From Candidatus Omnitrophota bacterium (GTDB lineage: Bacteria > Omnitrophota > Gorgyraeia > Zapsychrales > Fredricksoniimonadaceae): DNA of 64,000 bases. The DNA is taken from contig JADFXH010000008.1 of assembly GCA_015233675.1 (NCBI GenBank), forward strand, positions 26,003 to 90,002, in the 5' to 3' direction. Numbering within the stretch: the stretch's first letter is position 1; each line of letters opens with the position of its first letter. The position numbers and the translations under genes are program-made. The notes beneath the pieces were generated by a model. That model saw only the letters and a program-made list of their open reading frames with translations. It did not search any database and was not told the origin of the DNA. Shown in pieces: positions 47,947-57,606 of this stretch.

Positions 47947-49077
47947 TCAAGACAGGCATTCCAAATAAACTTGCTGGGTTTCTCTTGTGTTTCTTTTCAC
48001 ATCAAACAATTCCTCAGCTTTTTTTCTGCCTTGCTGGCCCATTACCATGCGTTTCTGGTCGTCTAACAGAAGTTCAATAATTTTTTCAGAAAATTCTTCA
48101 CGGTTTTCAGGATCGATTAAAATCCCCGTTTTAAGATGGTCTACCAATTCCGGATTGCCGCCATCGTTGATCGCAACCACAGCCTTGGAGGATGCCATAG
48201 CTTCAAGGATAGCCCGGCTGCAGGCTTCTTTAAGAGTTACATGTACAAACAAATCAAGCATGTTCAAGAAAGGCAGGACATCATCCTGAAAATCCGTAAA
48301 AATAACATACTTTTGTATCCCCAAATGTTCAACCAAACTCTGAAGTTCCTTTAGCCGGCACCCATCCTCGGATGGAAATTCGCCGCCTACGATCAAAAAC
48401 TTAACATTACTAATTTTTTTAATGACAAAAGGAATTGTTTCCAACAGGAATTCCACCCTTTTCCTTTTATTTAAATTGGTGACCATCCCTACAACCTTCA
48501 TTCCATCCAAGCCAAATCTAATTTTTAAGCTCCTATCTTCTTTTAAAATCTTGAATTTCTCTAAATCAACACCGTTGGGCACTACCTTGACCTTCCGGGA
48601 GAATTTTTCTTTATGCTCGAAACGTTTGGCTACTGCTGTTGAGTTGCATATAATACGCTTGGGAAGAAAAAAGAATTGCCTGCTCCTATCCGGCTCATCC
48701 TGATAAATAAGATTTCGCTCATGCCAAATGACTGGCAAGCCTGAAAGTTTGGCAACCAAAGCGCTTAAGATATTATTCCGCGGGGAATAAGAATGAATTA
48801 TGTTGATCCGGTTTAAACGCAAAAACCGATAAAGCTGTCTTGCCGTCCCTAAAAGCTTAAGGATATTCTTTGGATGCATTGGAGGAATATCAAGAAAAGA
48901 AACATTCACCCCCAAACCATAAGCGGCATGGCTTAATTGGCCTTCTCTGGGAATAATCAAAAACGGCTCAAATTGCTGACGGTCAAGGTTCTTCCAGAGG
49001 TTCAAAAGACTACGCTCCCCCCCGCTAATTTGAGTTATGTTGTGTAAATATAAAATGTTAATTCTTGATTCCGGCAT
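47947..49077 (-). CDS. glycosyltransferase family 4
   Basis: 376 aa. N-terminal LHNITQISGGERSL and C-terminal EACSRAILEAMASSKAVVAINDGGNPELV. Confidence 0.85.
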   Translation of the reverse strand: MPESRINILYLHNITQISGGERSLLNLWKNLDRQQFEPFLIIPREGQLSHAAYGLGVNVSFLDIPPMHPKNILKLLGTARQLYRFLRLNRINIIHSYSPRNNILSALVAKLSGLPVIWHERNLIYQDEPDRSRQFFFLPKRIICNSTAVAKRFEHKEKFSRKVKVVPNGVDLEKFKILKEDRSLKIRFGLDGMKVVGMVTNLNKRKRVEFLLETIPFVIKKISNVKFLIVGGEFPSEDGCRLKELQSLVEHLGIQKYVIFTDFQDDVLPFLNMLDLFVHVTLKEACSRAILEAMASSKAVVAINDGGNPELVDHLKTGILIDPENREEFSEKIIELLLDDQKRMVMGQQGRKKAEELFDVKRNTRETQQVYLECLS

Positions 49078-50077
49078 ATCTTTGCCTTATAAACTTAACC
49101 GCTGGTTTTTCTATTAGATACGTTATCAGGGCCGCAACAAATATCGAAAAAACGGCCGGTATAAAAAAACATAACCAAGCGTTAGCTTTAACTGCGTATA
49201 AATGTTTTATAATTATAAAGCCGATATCGTCATGAATAAGATATAAACTGTATGAAATAGAGCCCAGAAATACAAAAGGCCTTAAAACAATCCGGGATAA
49301 ATATCCATGAATAAATAAATAAAAAATAACAAAAAAACCTATTTCAAAGAAAACATCATAAGAGGAATCTCTGACTAAATAACCGGCAGCCAAGCATAGA
49401 ATTAATGCCGTATGCCTTTGCCAGGAGTTCCCTTTCATTTTTAGGTTATAAAATAAAATACCTGCAAAGAACAGATGGCCTGATTTTAACAAATACGTCT
49501 GTCTGATGATCACAGGCATATGAATATGAAAATACCAGAATAACCGGCTGCAGATAATCATCAAAACCAGCCACAAAAGCCCTAAAGATTCTATATATTT
49601 AAGGCCCCTGTTGAGAAAAATAATGAACATTAGGATGTAAAAAGAGAGTTCCACGCGCAGTGTCCAGTAAACAGGGTCCAAAGATTTAACATTAAACCAC
49701 TCATGGAACATCGTTAAATTCATAAAAACATCATGAAGCGAAATTTCTCTTAACATCAAGTGAGAAACTCTAACCAATGAAAATGTTAAAATGACTGCGG
49801 CCCAATAACCGGGATACAACCTTGAAAAACGGGAAACAACGAAATCTCGGGGATTTCTGGTCTTTTCTAAAGTCATAAAAATAACAAATCCGGATATCAT
49901 AAAAAACAAAGAAATGCCGTAATATCCTTTAGGAAAATCAAAAAGCGTCGGGTATGGCGGAAAATAATGTTCGGAATAACCCGTTGTATAATGGAGACAT
50001 AATATACTTATTGCCGCCAATCCGCGTAATACGTCCAACTCTAAAATTCTTTCTGACCTTGACTGGGAATTAATCAT
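49058..50077 (-). CDS. acyltransferase family 3 (O-acyltransferase, OafA-like)
   Basis: 339 aa with about 10 TM helices. LDVLRGLAAISILCLHY start is typical of acyltransferase_3. Confidence 0.82.
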   Translation of the reverse strand: MINSQSRSERILELDVLRGLAAISILCLHYTTGYSEHYFPPYPTLFDFPKGYYGISLFFMISGFVIFMTLEKTRNPRDFVVSRFSRLYPGYWAAVILTFSLVRVSHLMLREISLHDVFMNLTMFHEWFNVKSLDPVYWTLRVELSFYILMFIIFLNRGLKYIESLGLLWLVLMIICSRLFWYFHIHMPVIIRQTYLLKSGHLFFAGILFYNLKMKGNSWQRHTALILCLAAGYLVRDSSYDVFFEIGFFVIFYLFIHGYLSRIVLRPFVFLGSISYSLYLIHDDIGFIIIKHLYAVKANAWLCFFIPAVFSIFVAALITYLIEKPAVKFIRQRYAGIKN

Positions 50078-51639
50078 TATTTCGTCTGGTTTATTCTTAT
50101 CAAAATAAAATTCTCATCCGCATAGACCTGTCGGCCTAACGCTGCCATAGAGCCCAAAGGCAATCCTGCACTGACCGGTTTTTTCTGATTTATTAATATA
50201 AAACTGACGCCATATCTATTTATTATATCTTCCCGGGATTCCAAAGAGGCTTCTTTATTAAAAAAAGATTTTAAATCGCTTTGGCGTCTCTCATAATGTT
50301 CAATGAAAGGCATAGGGCAGGCGTTGGCAACAACTTTCCCGCCAAAGGCAGGTATAAAAAGACTTGTTTCAAAGTCAGAAAGCCCGACATCATATTGTTT
50401 GGTGTATTTTGCGAGAAATTGGTATTGACTGTAATTATTTTTAATGCCCGGCATATAATCTATACATAACGCATTGCAATTATTAAATATTCCAAGTAAA
50501 GAAAGAACCAAAATGAGGATAAAAAAACATTTTCTTCTGGCAGTCAATATATTAAATCTCTCATTTCTACAGATCCAATCAGCTATCGTCATATGTAAGA
50601 GAAGAACTATGGAAGATATCACTCGCCCGTAAGTAAAATGACCGGTCATGCCGCCATATGCATAAACTAAAACCAATCCTAAAAACATTAAAACCAACGG
50701 ATCTTTCCAATCAGATCTTGTCCTTAGAATAAGTATCGGAAGGCCGATAAGCGCCGGGAATGTTATGCCCAGTACTCCCCGATACATAAGGCTTTGATCA
50801 AGGTCATATAATGAGCCTTCTGAGAAAATAAGTTTTAATAACGGGTAATAGGGCCATGCCAGGGCTATCAAGAAAGACAGCGGAATGATAGATAATATAA
50901 GAACAGAATCAAAACGAGAAAATGTCTTAAGGCGACCTTTATAACCAATAAGAAGCGCCAATATCCCTATATATAAAACGATCGCACTTAACGGGTGCGA
51001 TAATAAAATAATTGCGCTAAACGCCAGTAGGGCAAAAAGCATGTTTTTACTTCTGTTCCTTAAGAATAAAATAACCATTGAAAGAGACAGGAAAATCAAA
51101 CCCATTGCAAAAGTCGACGGATATGGCAGGACATAGCCTATGACCCCAAAGTGAAAGAATCCACTGAAGTGCCAGGCATCAGGCCCCCATAAAAATAACG
51201 TAAAAAATAATGTATAAAACGATCTTTTGTTGTTCCCAAACAACAGTGAAATAAACATGTTCAAACCAAAAATAAAAAGCAGAAAATTAAAAAGCCCTCC
51301 TATTGATAGGGCTGTAATGGCGTTTATATTAAATATTTTTGAAATCCATGCGATGCCTAAGTTATAAGGAGAATATAAAGGATGTGGCGCCTTTACCAAT
51401 AGTTGTGGATGCTTAGGGAAAAATGGATGAGTGGCCAGCTCACGGACAACACTGCTATGAATCCAAAAGTCTCCAGACCAGGTCCCGTTGACTGTATGGA
51501 AAAACATGAACGTCAGTAAAAAAAGGGACAAAATAAGATATTTATGTGATTTTGGCACTGTTGCCATGAATATGACCAACAGTCTCATCATCCAAACTAT
51601 CACCTGACCTAAAAATACTTTTGAGATAGGCATATTCAC
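50077..51639 (-). CDS. large polytopic membrane protein, paralog 1 (putative GT-C glycosyltransferase or polymerase)
   Basis: 520 aa. Many TM helices plus a ~120-aa soluble C-terminal domain. About 75-80% identical to the adjacent 519-aa protein. Confidence 0.55.
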   Translation of the reverse strand: MNMPISKVFLGQVIVWMMRLLVIFMATVPKSHKYLILSLFLLTFMFFHTVNGTWSGDFWIHSSVVRELATHPFFPKHPQLLVKAPHPLYSPYNLGIAWISKIFNINAITALSIGGLFNFLLFIFGLNMFISLLFGNNKRSFYTLFFTLFLWGPDAWHFSGFFHFGVIGYVLPYPSTFAMGLIFLSLSMVILFLRNRSKNMLFALLAFSAIILLSHPLSAIVLYIGILALLIGYKGRLKTFSRFDSVLILSIIPLSFLIALAWPYYPLLKLIFSEGSLYDLDQSLMYRGVLGITFPALIGLPILILRTRSDWKDPLVLMFLGLVLVYAYGGMTGHFTYGRVISSIVLLLHMTIADWICRNERFNILTARRKCFFILILVLSLLGIFNNCNALCIDYMPGIKNNYSQYQFLAKYTKQYDVGLSDFETSLFIPAFGGKVVANACPMPFIEHYERRQSDLKSFFNKEASLESREDIINRYGVSFILINQKKPVSAGLPLGSMAALGRQVYADENFILIRINQTK

Positions 51640-51656
51640 GGCTTTCCGTTAAAAAA

Positions 51657-53216
51657 TTATTTCATCTGGCCTACTTTAATCAAAATAAAATTCTGATCCG
51701 CATAAACTTTCCTGCCTAAAGCGGCCATAGAGCCTAAAGGCAATCCTGCTCCTACCGGCATTCTTTGATTTATTAATATAAAATTGACCCCATATCTTTT
51801 TATTATATTTTCTCGAAATTTTAAAGAAGCCCCTATATTAAAAAAAGACTTTAAATCATTCTGACGTCTCTCATAATGTTCAATGAAAGGCATGGGGCCG
51901 GAATTAGCAATGACTTTCCCGCCAAAGGAAGGTATAAAAAGACTTGTTTCCGGATCGGAAAGCACAACATCATATTGTTTTGTATATTTTGTAAGAAATT
52001 GGTATTGACTGTAATTATTTTTAATGCCGGGCATATAATTTATACAACGCATATTGCAATTGTTCAATACGCCAAGTAAAGCAAAAACTAAAATAGTGGC
52101 AAGAAAACATTTGCCCCTGACTGTTAATATTTTAAAGTTTTCATTTTTACAGGCCCAGTCCGCTATCGACATGTGCAAAATAAGGATCATAAAAGATATC
52201 ACTCGCCCATAAATAAAATGACCTGTCAACCAGCCATATACATACACCAGAACCAGCCCTGAAAACATCAAAAATAGCGGATCTTTCCAATCAGATCTTG
52301 CCCTGAGAACAAGTATTGGAAGGCCGATAAGGGCCGGGAATATTATTTTTAACACTCCTTGAAACATACAGCTATTGTTAAGGTCCAATAAAGCCCCATC
52401 GCCAAGAATAAGTTTTAATAACGGGTAATAGGGCCATGCCAGGGCTATCAAAAAAGACAACGGAATGACAGATAAGATAAAAACAGAATCAGTGCGGGAA
52501 GATGGCCTAAGAGGATCTTTATAACCAGTAACAAGCGCCAGTATGCCTGTATATAATAAAATCGCGCTCAATGGATGTGAAAGAAGGATAATAACACTGA
52601 ACCCCAGAAGGCCAAAAAACACCATTTTACTTTTGTCTCTTAAGAATAAAATAACCATTGAAAGAGACAAAAGAATCAAACCCATTGCAAAAGTCGACGG
52701 ATATGGCAAGACATAGCCTATTACCCCAAAATGAAAGAAACCGCTATAGTTCCAAACGCCGGGTCCCCACAAAAATAGCGTAAAAAATAATGTATAAAAT
52801 GCCCCCTTGTTGTTCCCGAGGAGCAATGGAACAAACATATTGAGGCCTATGAGAAAAAGCAAAAAGTTAAAAATTCCTCCTATGGAAAGGGCCATAATAG
52901 AATTTATATTAAATATTTTGGCGATCAAAGCAATGCCCAAGCTATAAGGAGAATAAAATGAATGAGGGGCATCCATTAAAAGCTCCGGATGTTTGGGAGA
53001 AAATGGGTGTGTGGCCAGCTCATGAACAACATCACTATGCATCCAAAAGTCCCCTACCCAAGCCCCATTGAAGGCATGAAAAACCATGAACATTAGTAAA
53101 ACAATGGACAAAATAAGATGCTGGTTTGATTTTGCCGCTGTTGCTATAAATATGAATAGCAGTCTCATCATCCAAACTATCGAATGGCTTAAAAATGCCT
53201 TTAAGACAATTATCAT
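51657..53216 (-). CDS. large polytopic membrane protein, paralog 2
   Basis: 519 aa. Collinear with paralog 1 along the full length, e.g. shared FHFGVIGYVLPYPSTFAMGL, IPLSFLIALAWPYYPLLKLI and MPFIEHYERRQ. Confidence 0.55.
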   Translation of the reverse strand: MIIVLKAFLSHSIVWMMRLLFIFIATAAKSNQHLILSIVLLMFMVFHAFNGAWVGDFWMHSDVVHELATHPFSPKHPELLMDAPHSFYSPYSLGIALIAKIFNINSIMALSIGGIFNFLLFLIGLNMFVPLLLGNNKGAFYTLFFTLFLWGPGVWNYSGFFHFGVIGYVLPYPSTFAMGLILLSLSMVILFLRDKSKMVFFGLLGFSVIILLSHPLSAILLYTGILALVTGYKDPLRPSSRTDSVFILSVIPLSFLIALAWPYYPLLKLILGDGALLDLNNSCMFQGVLKIIFPALIGLPILVLRARSDWKDPLFLMFSGLVLVYVYGWLTGHFIYGRVISFMILILHMSIADWACKNENFKILTVRGKCFLATILVFALLGVLNNCNMRCINYMPGIKNNYSQYQFLTKYTKQYDVVLSDPETSLFIPSFGGKVIANSGPMPFIEHYERRQNDLKSFFNIGASLKFRENIIKRYGVNFILINQRMPVGAGLPLGSMAALGRKVYADQNFILIKVGQMK

Positions 53217-53217
53217 A

Positions 53218-54309
53218 TTATTTTTTACTCATACCTTTAAGAAAATCATACAGTTGCGCGGAAACTTTCGTCGATTCATATTCTTGGGAATACCGTAAAC
53301 CTTTGGCAATCATCTCCTTCTTTAATCTATCATTAGTCAGGACTTCTTTAATGGCATTGGCGATAGCCGAAGGATTCATGGGATCGACTAATAACCCTGC
53401 ATCTTTAACAACTTCAGGAATGGATGTCGTATTCGAAGCCACCACCGGTACCCCGCAAGCCATTGCTTCCAGGGGCGGCAGCCCAAAGCCTTCATATAAA
53501 GTAGGCATGACAAAGACTTCCGCACCGCTGTATAAAAATTGCGGATGATCAGCTTCTGTAATTTTTCCCAAAAAAATAACCCTCTCTTGCAATCCATTCT
53601 TTTGAGCAATCCCCAGCAATTCTTTATAAGTATGCCCCTTAGGGCCTGCTAAAACTAAGTTTAAATCAGGGAATGAATTCGCTATTAAGGCGAACGATTC
53701 AACAATGCTTTTGACATTTTTATGTATTTTAAAATTGCCCACATAAAGGACATACCGGCCTTTAACCGGTGGAGTCCCTAGTTCCCGTCGGTATATATTA
53801 CCGACACTCAAAGGGATAACTTTGATCTTTTGTTCTTGAACACCATAAATACATTGAATATCCCTCTTGGAATATTCTGAACAAGTTAATATCTTGTCCG
53901 CTATGTCCGTGTAAAGTTTGCCAAAAACAGCATAATAAGCTTTACTTAAAGGAGACATTTTTTTGTAATACGGTTCAAATGACAGATACATTAGATCTAA
54001 AATAGAACTTACCATCGGGCATGGTTTCATTAAGGGGACCTTGTAATAAGGCGAATAGAAAAGATCAACCTCCTCTTGCTTCAAGGCCTGCGGCAATTGC
54101 CATTGGTCCCAGATAAATGTAATATGCTCACTCAAAACAACATTTTTAATTCTGGGACCGAAATCGATGGGGACTTTACGGGCAGAAAATAAAATGCAGG
54201 CATCCTCATTATTAAGGCCGGAGAAATATTCCAGGAAATTTGCTAAAGGACGGCCGATGCCTGTATAAACTCCATTTTGAATTTCACGCGCATCAATGCC
54301 TAAATGCAT
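53218..54309 (-). CDS. glycosyltransferase family 4 (GT-B)
   Basis: 363 aa. Motif EGFGLPPLEAMACGVPVVASNTTSIPEVV. Confidence 0.85.
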   Translation of the reverse strand: MHLGIDAREIQNGVYTGIGRPLANFLEYFSGLNNEDACILFSARKVPIDFGPRIKNVVLSEHITFIWDQWQLPQALKQEEVDLFYSPYYKVPLMKPCPMVSSILDLMYLSFEPYYKKMSPLSKAYYAVFGKLYTDIADKILTCSEYSKRDIQCIYGVQEQKIKVIPLSVGNIYRRELGTPPVKGRYVLYVGNFKIHKNVKSIVESFALIANSFPDLNLVLAGPKGHTYKELLGIAQKNGLQERVIFLGKITEADHPQFLYSGAEVFVMPTLYEGFGLPPLEAMACGVPVVASNTTSIPEVVKDAGLLVDPMNPSAIANAIKEVLTNDRLKKEMIAKGLRYSQEYESTKVSAQLYDFLKGMSKK

Positions 54310-55037
54310 TATTCTCCTCTGGTTAAACGTAATGCCAAAGTTTCAGGCAGATTAGTATCCAGAATCTTCTGTTGGGCCTTATTGATATCATATAAAACCC
54401 TGTGATTTTCTATCATCCGCAATGCCGTATCATATATACAAAAGCCGGCCAAAGGATTTCCATCCCGAGGCTGACCAACACTGCCTAGATTAACGATATA
54501 TTTGTACTTAGCATTGAGCTCTATGTCCAAAATGTCACTCTGGCATATATTCCCCTCACGCTCAATAAATACTTTAGGCACATGTGTATGCCCCACAAAA
54601 CACACTTGCGTATCCATTAACGCAAAAGTATCTGCCGCTTGAGTTTCATTGGTCAAATAAACAAACTGTTGAGGGTTCAAAAGAGTCCCGTGCACCAATG
54701 TGCAATCTTTATTTTTTAATGATAAGGGCAAATTATTCAGATAAAATATATCTTCAATAGCCAAATGTGAACGCGTCCAAACCACCGCGGCCTGCCCATC
54801 CGGCGTAAAGTAAGAAAAATCAAGTTTTCCGGATACTGCCCAGTCATGATTGCCGGCAACAGCGACTGCTTTAAGTTTACGGACAAGTCCTAAACATTCT
54901 TTAGGATCGGCGCCATAACCGGCAATATCACCGCAACACAACAATGAATCTACATTTAGCTTCCTGCATTCACCAAGCACTGCTTTTAAAGCTTCTAAAT
55001 TTCCATGTATATCCGAAACAACACCATAACGCATCAA
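54309..55037 (-). CDS. metallophosphoesterase (YfcE/calcineurin-like)
   Basis: 242 aa. Motifs VVSDIHGN, CCGDIAGYG, GNHD and VGHTH. Confidence 0.85.
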   Translation of the reverse strand: MMRYGVVSDIHGNLEALKAVLGECRKLNVDSLLCCGDIAGYGADPKECLGLVRKLKAVAVAGNHDWAVSGKLDFSYFTPDGQAAVVWTRSHLAIEDIFYLNNLPLSLKNKDCTLVHGTLLNPQQFVYLTNETQAADTFALMDTQVCFVGHTHVPKVFIEREGNICQSDILDIELNAKYKYIVNLGSVGQPRDGNPLAGFCIYDTALRMIENHRVLYDINKAQQKILDTNLPETLALRLTRGE

Positions 55038-55052
55038 CGCTCCTTGATAAGT

Positions 55053-55904
55053 CTAATCAAAAGTATAACGTTTGCATTTCCCTAATTTCTTAATCAATCC
55101 ATGATAAAGCCCAAACAAAATGGCGCCTATCTTGGGGAATATATGCGGACGTTCAAATAAAATAATAGCTATTATGACCCTTAACGCATAAAAGAAAAGC
55201 TTAATGGCCTTGATAAAACACCTATATTCAATAAAAATGAAAAGTTCATTCCTAAAAGCATAGTACAACCTAAAGGGCTCTGTATAATAATTTAGCTTCC
55301 TTCCAAACAAGTATGTTCTTTTTTGTCCCCCTAAACGAGGGTTGGAACATTTGCTTGAATTAATCCAATAAAATGAATATCCATTCTTTGAAAATCGTAA
55401 AGAATATTCCAAATCATCGCCATAAATAAATAATTCCTTCCTGGGAAACCCTACTTGTTTGATCGCCTTTACGTCAAATAACGTGTTTCTCCAAGAAATA
55501 ACATCAACCTCCGTGGGGGGAAGCAGGGATTCCTGTCCGACTGACCTGACAGCGGAGATTTTCACTTTCTGGTTTAAGAATTCAAGTCCTTTCTGCAATT
55601 CTTCAATGGTATTTTCACTCAACCGCACGTCATCATCAAGAGTCAGGACGTAATTACAACTGCCATAAACCGCTTCCTTCAATCCTAAAAAATACCCCCC
55701 CGCCGACCCGGTATTCTCTGACAAACGAATATAGCTCAACTCAGGATACTTGGCCCTAACAACCTTTTGTGTTGCGTCTTTACTGGCGTTATCGACAATA
55801 ATAATTTTTTCCGGTCTTCTTGTCTGCCGGTACAAATCCGATAAAAGTTCCTCAAGCATGTTAATGTTATTGTAGGTCACTATAACAACAGATATTGTTT
55901 TCAA
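55053..55904 (-). CDS. glycosyltransferase family 2
   Basis: 283 aa. Motifs ISVVIVTYNN, IIVDNASKD and LTLDDD. TTG start. Confidence 0.85.
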   Translation of the reverse strand: MKTISVVIVTYNNINMLEELLSDLYRQTRRPEKIIIVDNASKDATQKVVRAKYPELSYIRLSENTGSAGGYFLGLKEAVYGSCNYVLTLDDDVRLSENTIEELQKGLEFLNQKVKISAVRSVGQESLLPPTEVDVISWRNTLFDVKAIKQVGFPRKELFIYGDDLEYSLRFSKNGYSFYWINSSKCSNPRLGGQKRTYLFGRKLNYYTEPFRLYYAFRNELFIFIEYRCFIKAIKLFFYALRVIIAIILFERPHIFPKIGAILFGLYHGLIKKLGKCKRYTFD

Positions 55905-55970
55905 AATTACGGCTCTTTCTTGTTAAGAAATATTTCTCTATGCTCTCTTGAATTTTAAAATGGAACGCAT

Positions 55971-56147
55971 GGTCATGAGCAAGGAATTATTACCTTCCAC
56001 ACATTCAGGAATTTTTCGCCAAATGTCTGCGAGGCTTTACGACAAAAATGTTCCAAATGAAGAGAATCTTTAGAACATTTTTGTCGTAAACCGAAGCAGA
56101 CGGCGAAAATATTCCGTGTGGAAGGTAATAATTCCTTGCTCATGACC
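55971..56147. repeat. long-hairpin element, copy A (177 nt)
   Basis: A perfect 32-bp outer stem pairs 55971-56002 with 56116-56147. Next come the ATTCA bulge and GGAA/TTCC. The core (56012-56111) has stems TTTTCGCC/GGCGAAAA, GTCTGC/GCAGAC, an 18-bp stem TTTACGACAAAAATGTTC/GAACATTTTTGTCGTAAA and a 19-nt loop. Confidence 0.9.
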
Positions 56148-56188
56148 TCCGCCGCAATAATACTGATAATCTTTTTCTTTCTTGAATA

Positions 56189-57301
56189 TTAGGCTTCCAT
56201 GGATTCTTCATAGAGATCTTCGATTTTGTTAACCATTATTTTAGCTTCAAATCGCTCTTCAAATGTCTGTTTTCCCGCCAATGCCAGATGATGGCATCTC
56301 TCCGGATTACAGATAAGCCCATCAATGCAGTCTGCTAATCTTTGAGGATCATGGGGAGGCACCAAGCACCCGTTTTTACCATCCTCAATAACTTCCGGGA
56401 TACCGCCGACTGAGCTGGCTACGACCGCCACCCCATAGGCCATCGCTTCTAAAATACTGACCGGCAGACCCTCCCTAAGAAGGGAAGGTAAAACAAACAA
56501 ATGAGAGGCCGAGAGAATTTCCGGAATATCCCGGCGCACACCTAAAAAGGTTGTATGCTTCTCAATACCTAATTCCTTTGCATGTTCCTTTAACTGGGCC
56601 TCCATTTCCCCTTCCCCCACAACCCAGCATTTAATATGAGGATGTTTATCTTTAAGGGAAGAAATTGCCTCTAATAAAACACCATGTCCTTTATTAGCAA
56701 GTAAACTGGCTACGACCGTTATTACAAAATCATTGCCAACACGGGGAACAGTCTGGATATTTCGGCGAGAAATGCCATTGTAAATGACAACGGCTTTGGC
56801 AGGATCTATCCGTTCATGATCAATGACAAATTCTTGGACACTTTGTGAGACACAAATAATTTTATAGGTAAAGAAACTTAATATACGTTCTATAATCAGG
56901 TTCAATTGGGAATAGTGCCAATAAGAACTATGCACGTGATTGACACAAATTTTAATGCCGGCAATCTTTGCAGCTAAACGCCCTATGGTGGAAGCAAAAT
57001 ACACATGGGAATGGATAATATCAGGTTTGGCCAGTTTAAAAAGTTGAGCTAATTTTAGGATATTAAACGGATTATGATAGGTAGAAATGTTCAAAATACG
57101 CACAGGGATTCCTTTTTGGCGGATTTCTTCCGCCATAGGCCCCCCGCGATGCAGGCACCAGACTTCTACATCACATTTATCTTTATTTAAGCCGCAAACG
57201 ATCTCCTTGGTCACCGTCTCAAGGCCGCCGCCTAAATCCCACCACTCTAATAAATGCAAAACCTTATATTTAGATTTAGTCCCTGTCACAAGATCTTTCA
57301 T
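56189..57301 (-). CDS. glycosyltransferase family 4
   Basis: 370 aa. Motifs LEWWDLGGGLE and EGLPVSILEAMAYGVAVVASSVGGIPEVI. Flanked on both sides by the hairpin elements. Confidence 0.85.
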   Translation of the reverse strand: MKDLVTGTKSKYKVLHLLEWWDLGGGLETVTKEIVCGLNKDKCDVEVWCLHRGGPMAEEIRQKGIPVRILNISTYHNPFNILKLAQLFKLAKPDIIHSHVYFASTIGRLAAKIAGIKICVNHVHSSYWHYSQLNLIIERILSFFTYKIICVSQSVQEFVIDHERIDPAKAVVIYNGISRRNIQTVPRVGNDFVITVVASLLANKGHGVLLEAISSLKDKHPHIKCWVVGEGEMEAQLKEHAKELGIEKHTTFLGVRRDIPEILSASHLFVLPSLLREGLPVSILEAMAYGVAVVASSVGGIPEVIEDGKNGCLVPPHDPQRLADCIDGLICNPERCHHLALAGKQTFEERFEAKIMVNKIEDLYEESMEA

Positions 57302-57349
57302 AAGAACTTTCTGTACTTGCGCATTTACTAAATGACTTTAATTCACGCG

Positions 57350-57524
57350 CTATGATGGACAGCTATTGTATATTCGGAACATTAAGGGATTTTTCGCCAA
57401 AAGTCTGCGAGGATTTACGACAAAATTTTTCCAAATGAAGAGAATCTTTAGAACATTTTTGTTGTAAACCGAAACAGACGGCAAAAATATCCCGTTCCGA
57501 ATATACAATAGCTGTCCATCATAG
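57350..57524. repeat. long-hairpin element, copy B (175 nt)
   Basis: A perfect 31-bp outer stem pairs 57350-57380 with 57494-57524 and is unrelated in sequence to copy A. Next come the ATTAA bulge and GGGAT/ATCCC. The core (57391-57488) is ~93% identical to the copy A core, in the same orientation. Confidence 0.9.
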
Positions 57525-57606
57525 ACGCATGTATATATAATTCTTATTGGTAATCTCATTTAACTGCCCAATTGCTACGAAAGGCCAAAACTTTTCTAAA
57601 AAATAT

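Noticed and set aside
55971-57524. Interpretation of the hairpin pair as integron attC sites or as ordinary rho-independent terminators.
   Set aside because: No integron integrase or GTTRRRY core sites are present, and the conservation pattern is inverted relative to attC. Stems totalling ~68 bp without a following T-tract are far beyond normal terminators.
57350-57559. 69-aa ORF (and a comparable 57-aa ORF across copy A) spanning the hairpin elements.
   Set aside because: The two copies are read in different frames across the conserved core, so no peptide is conserved. The ORFs are a by-product of the palindromic structure (ATGA/TCAT near the arm ends).
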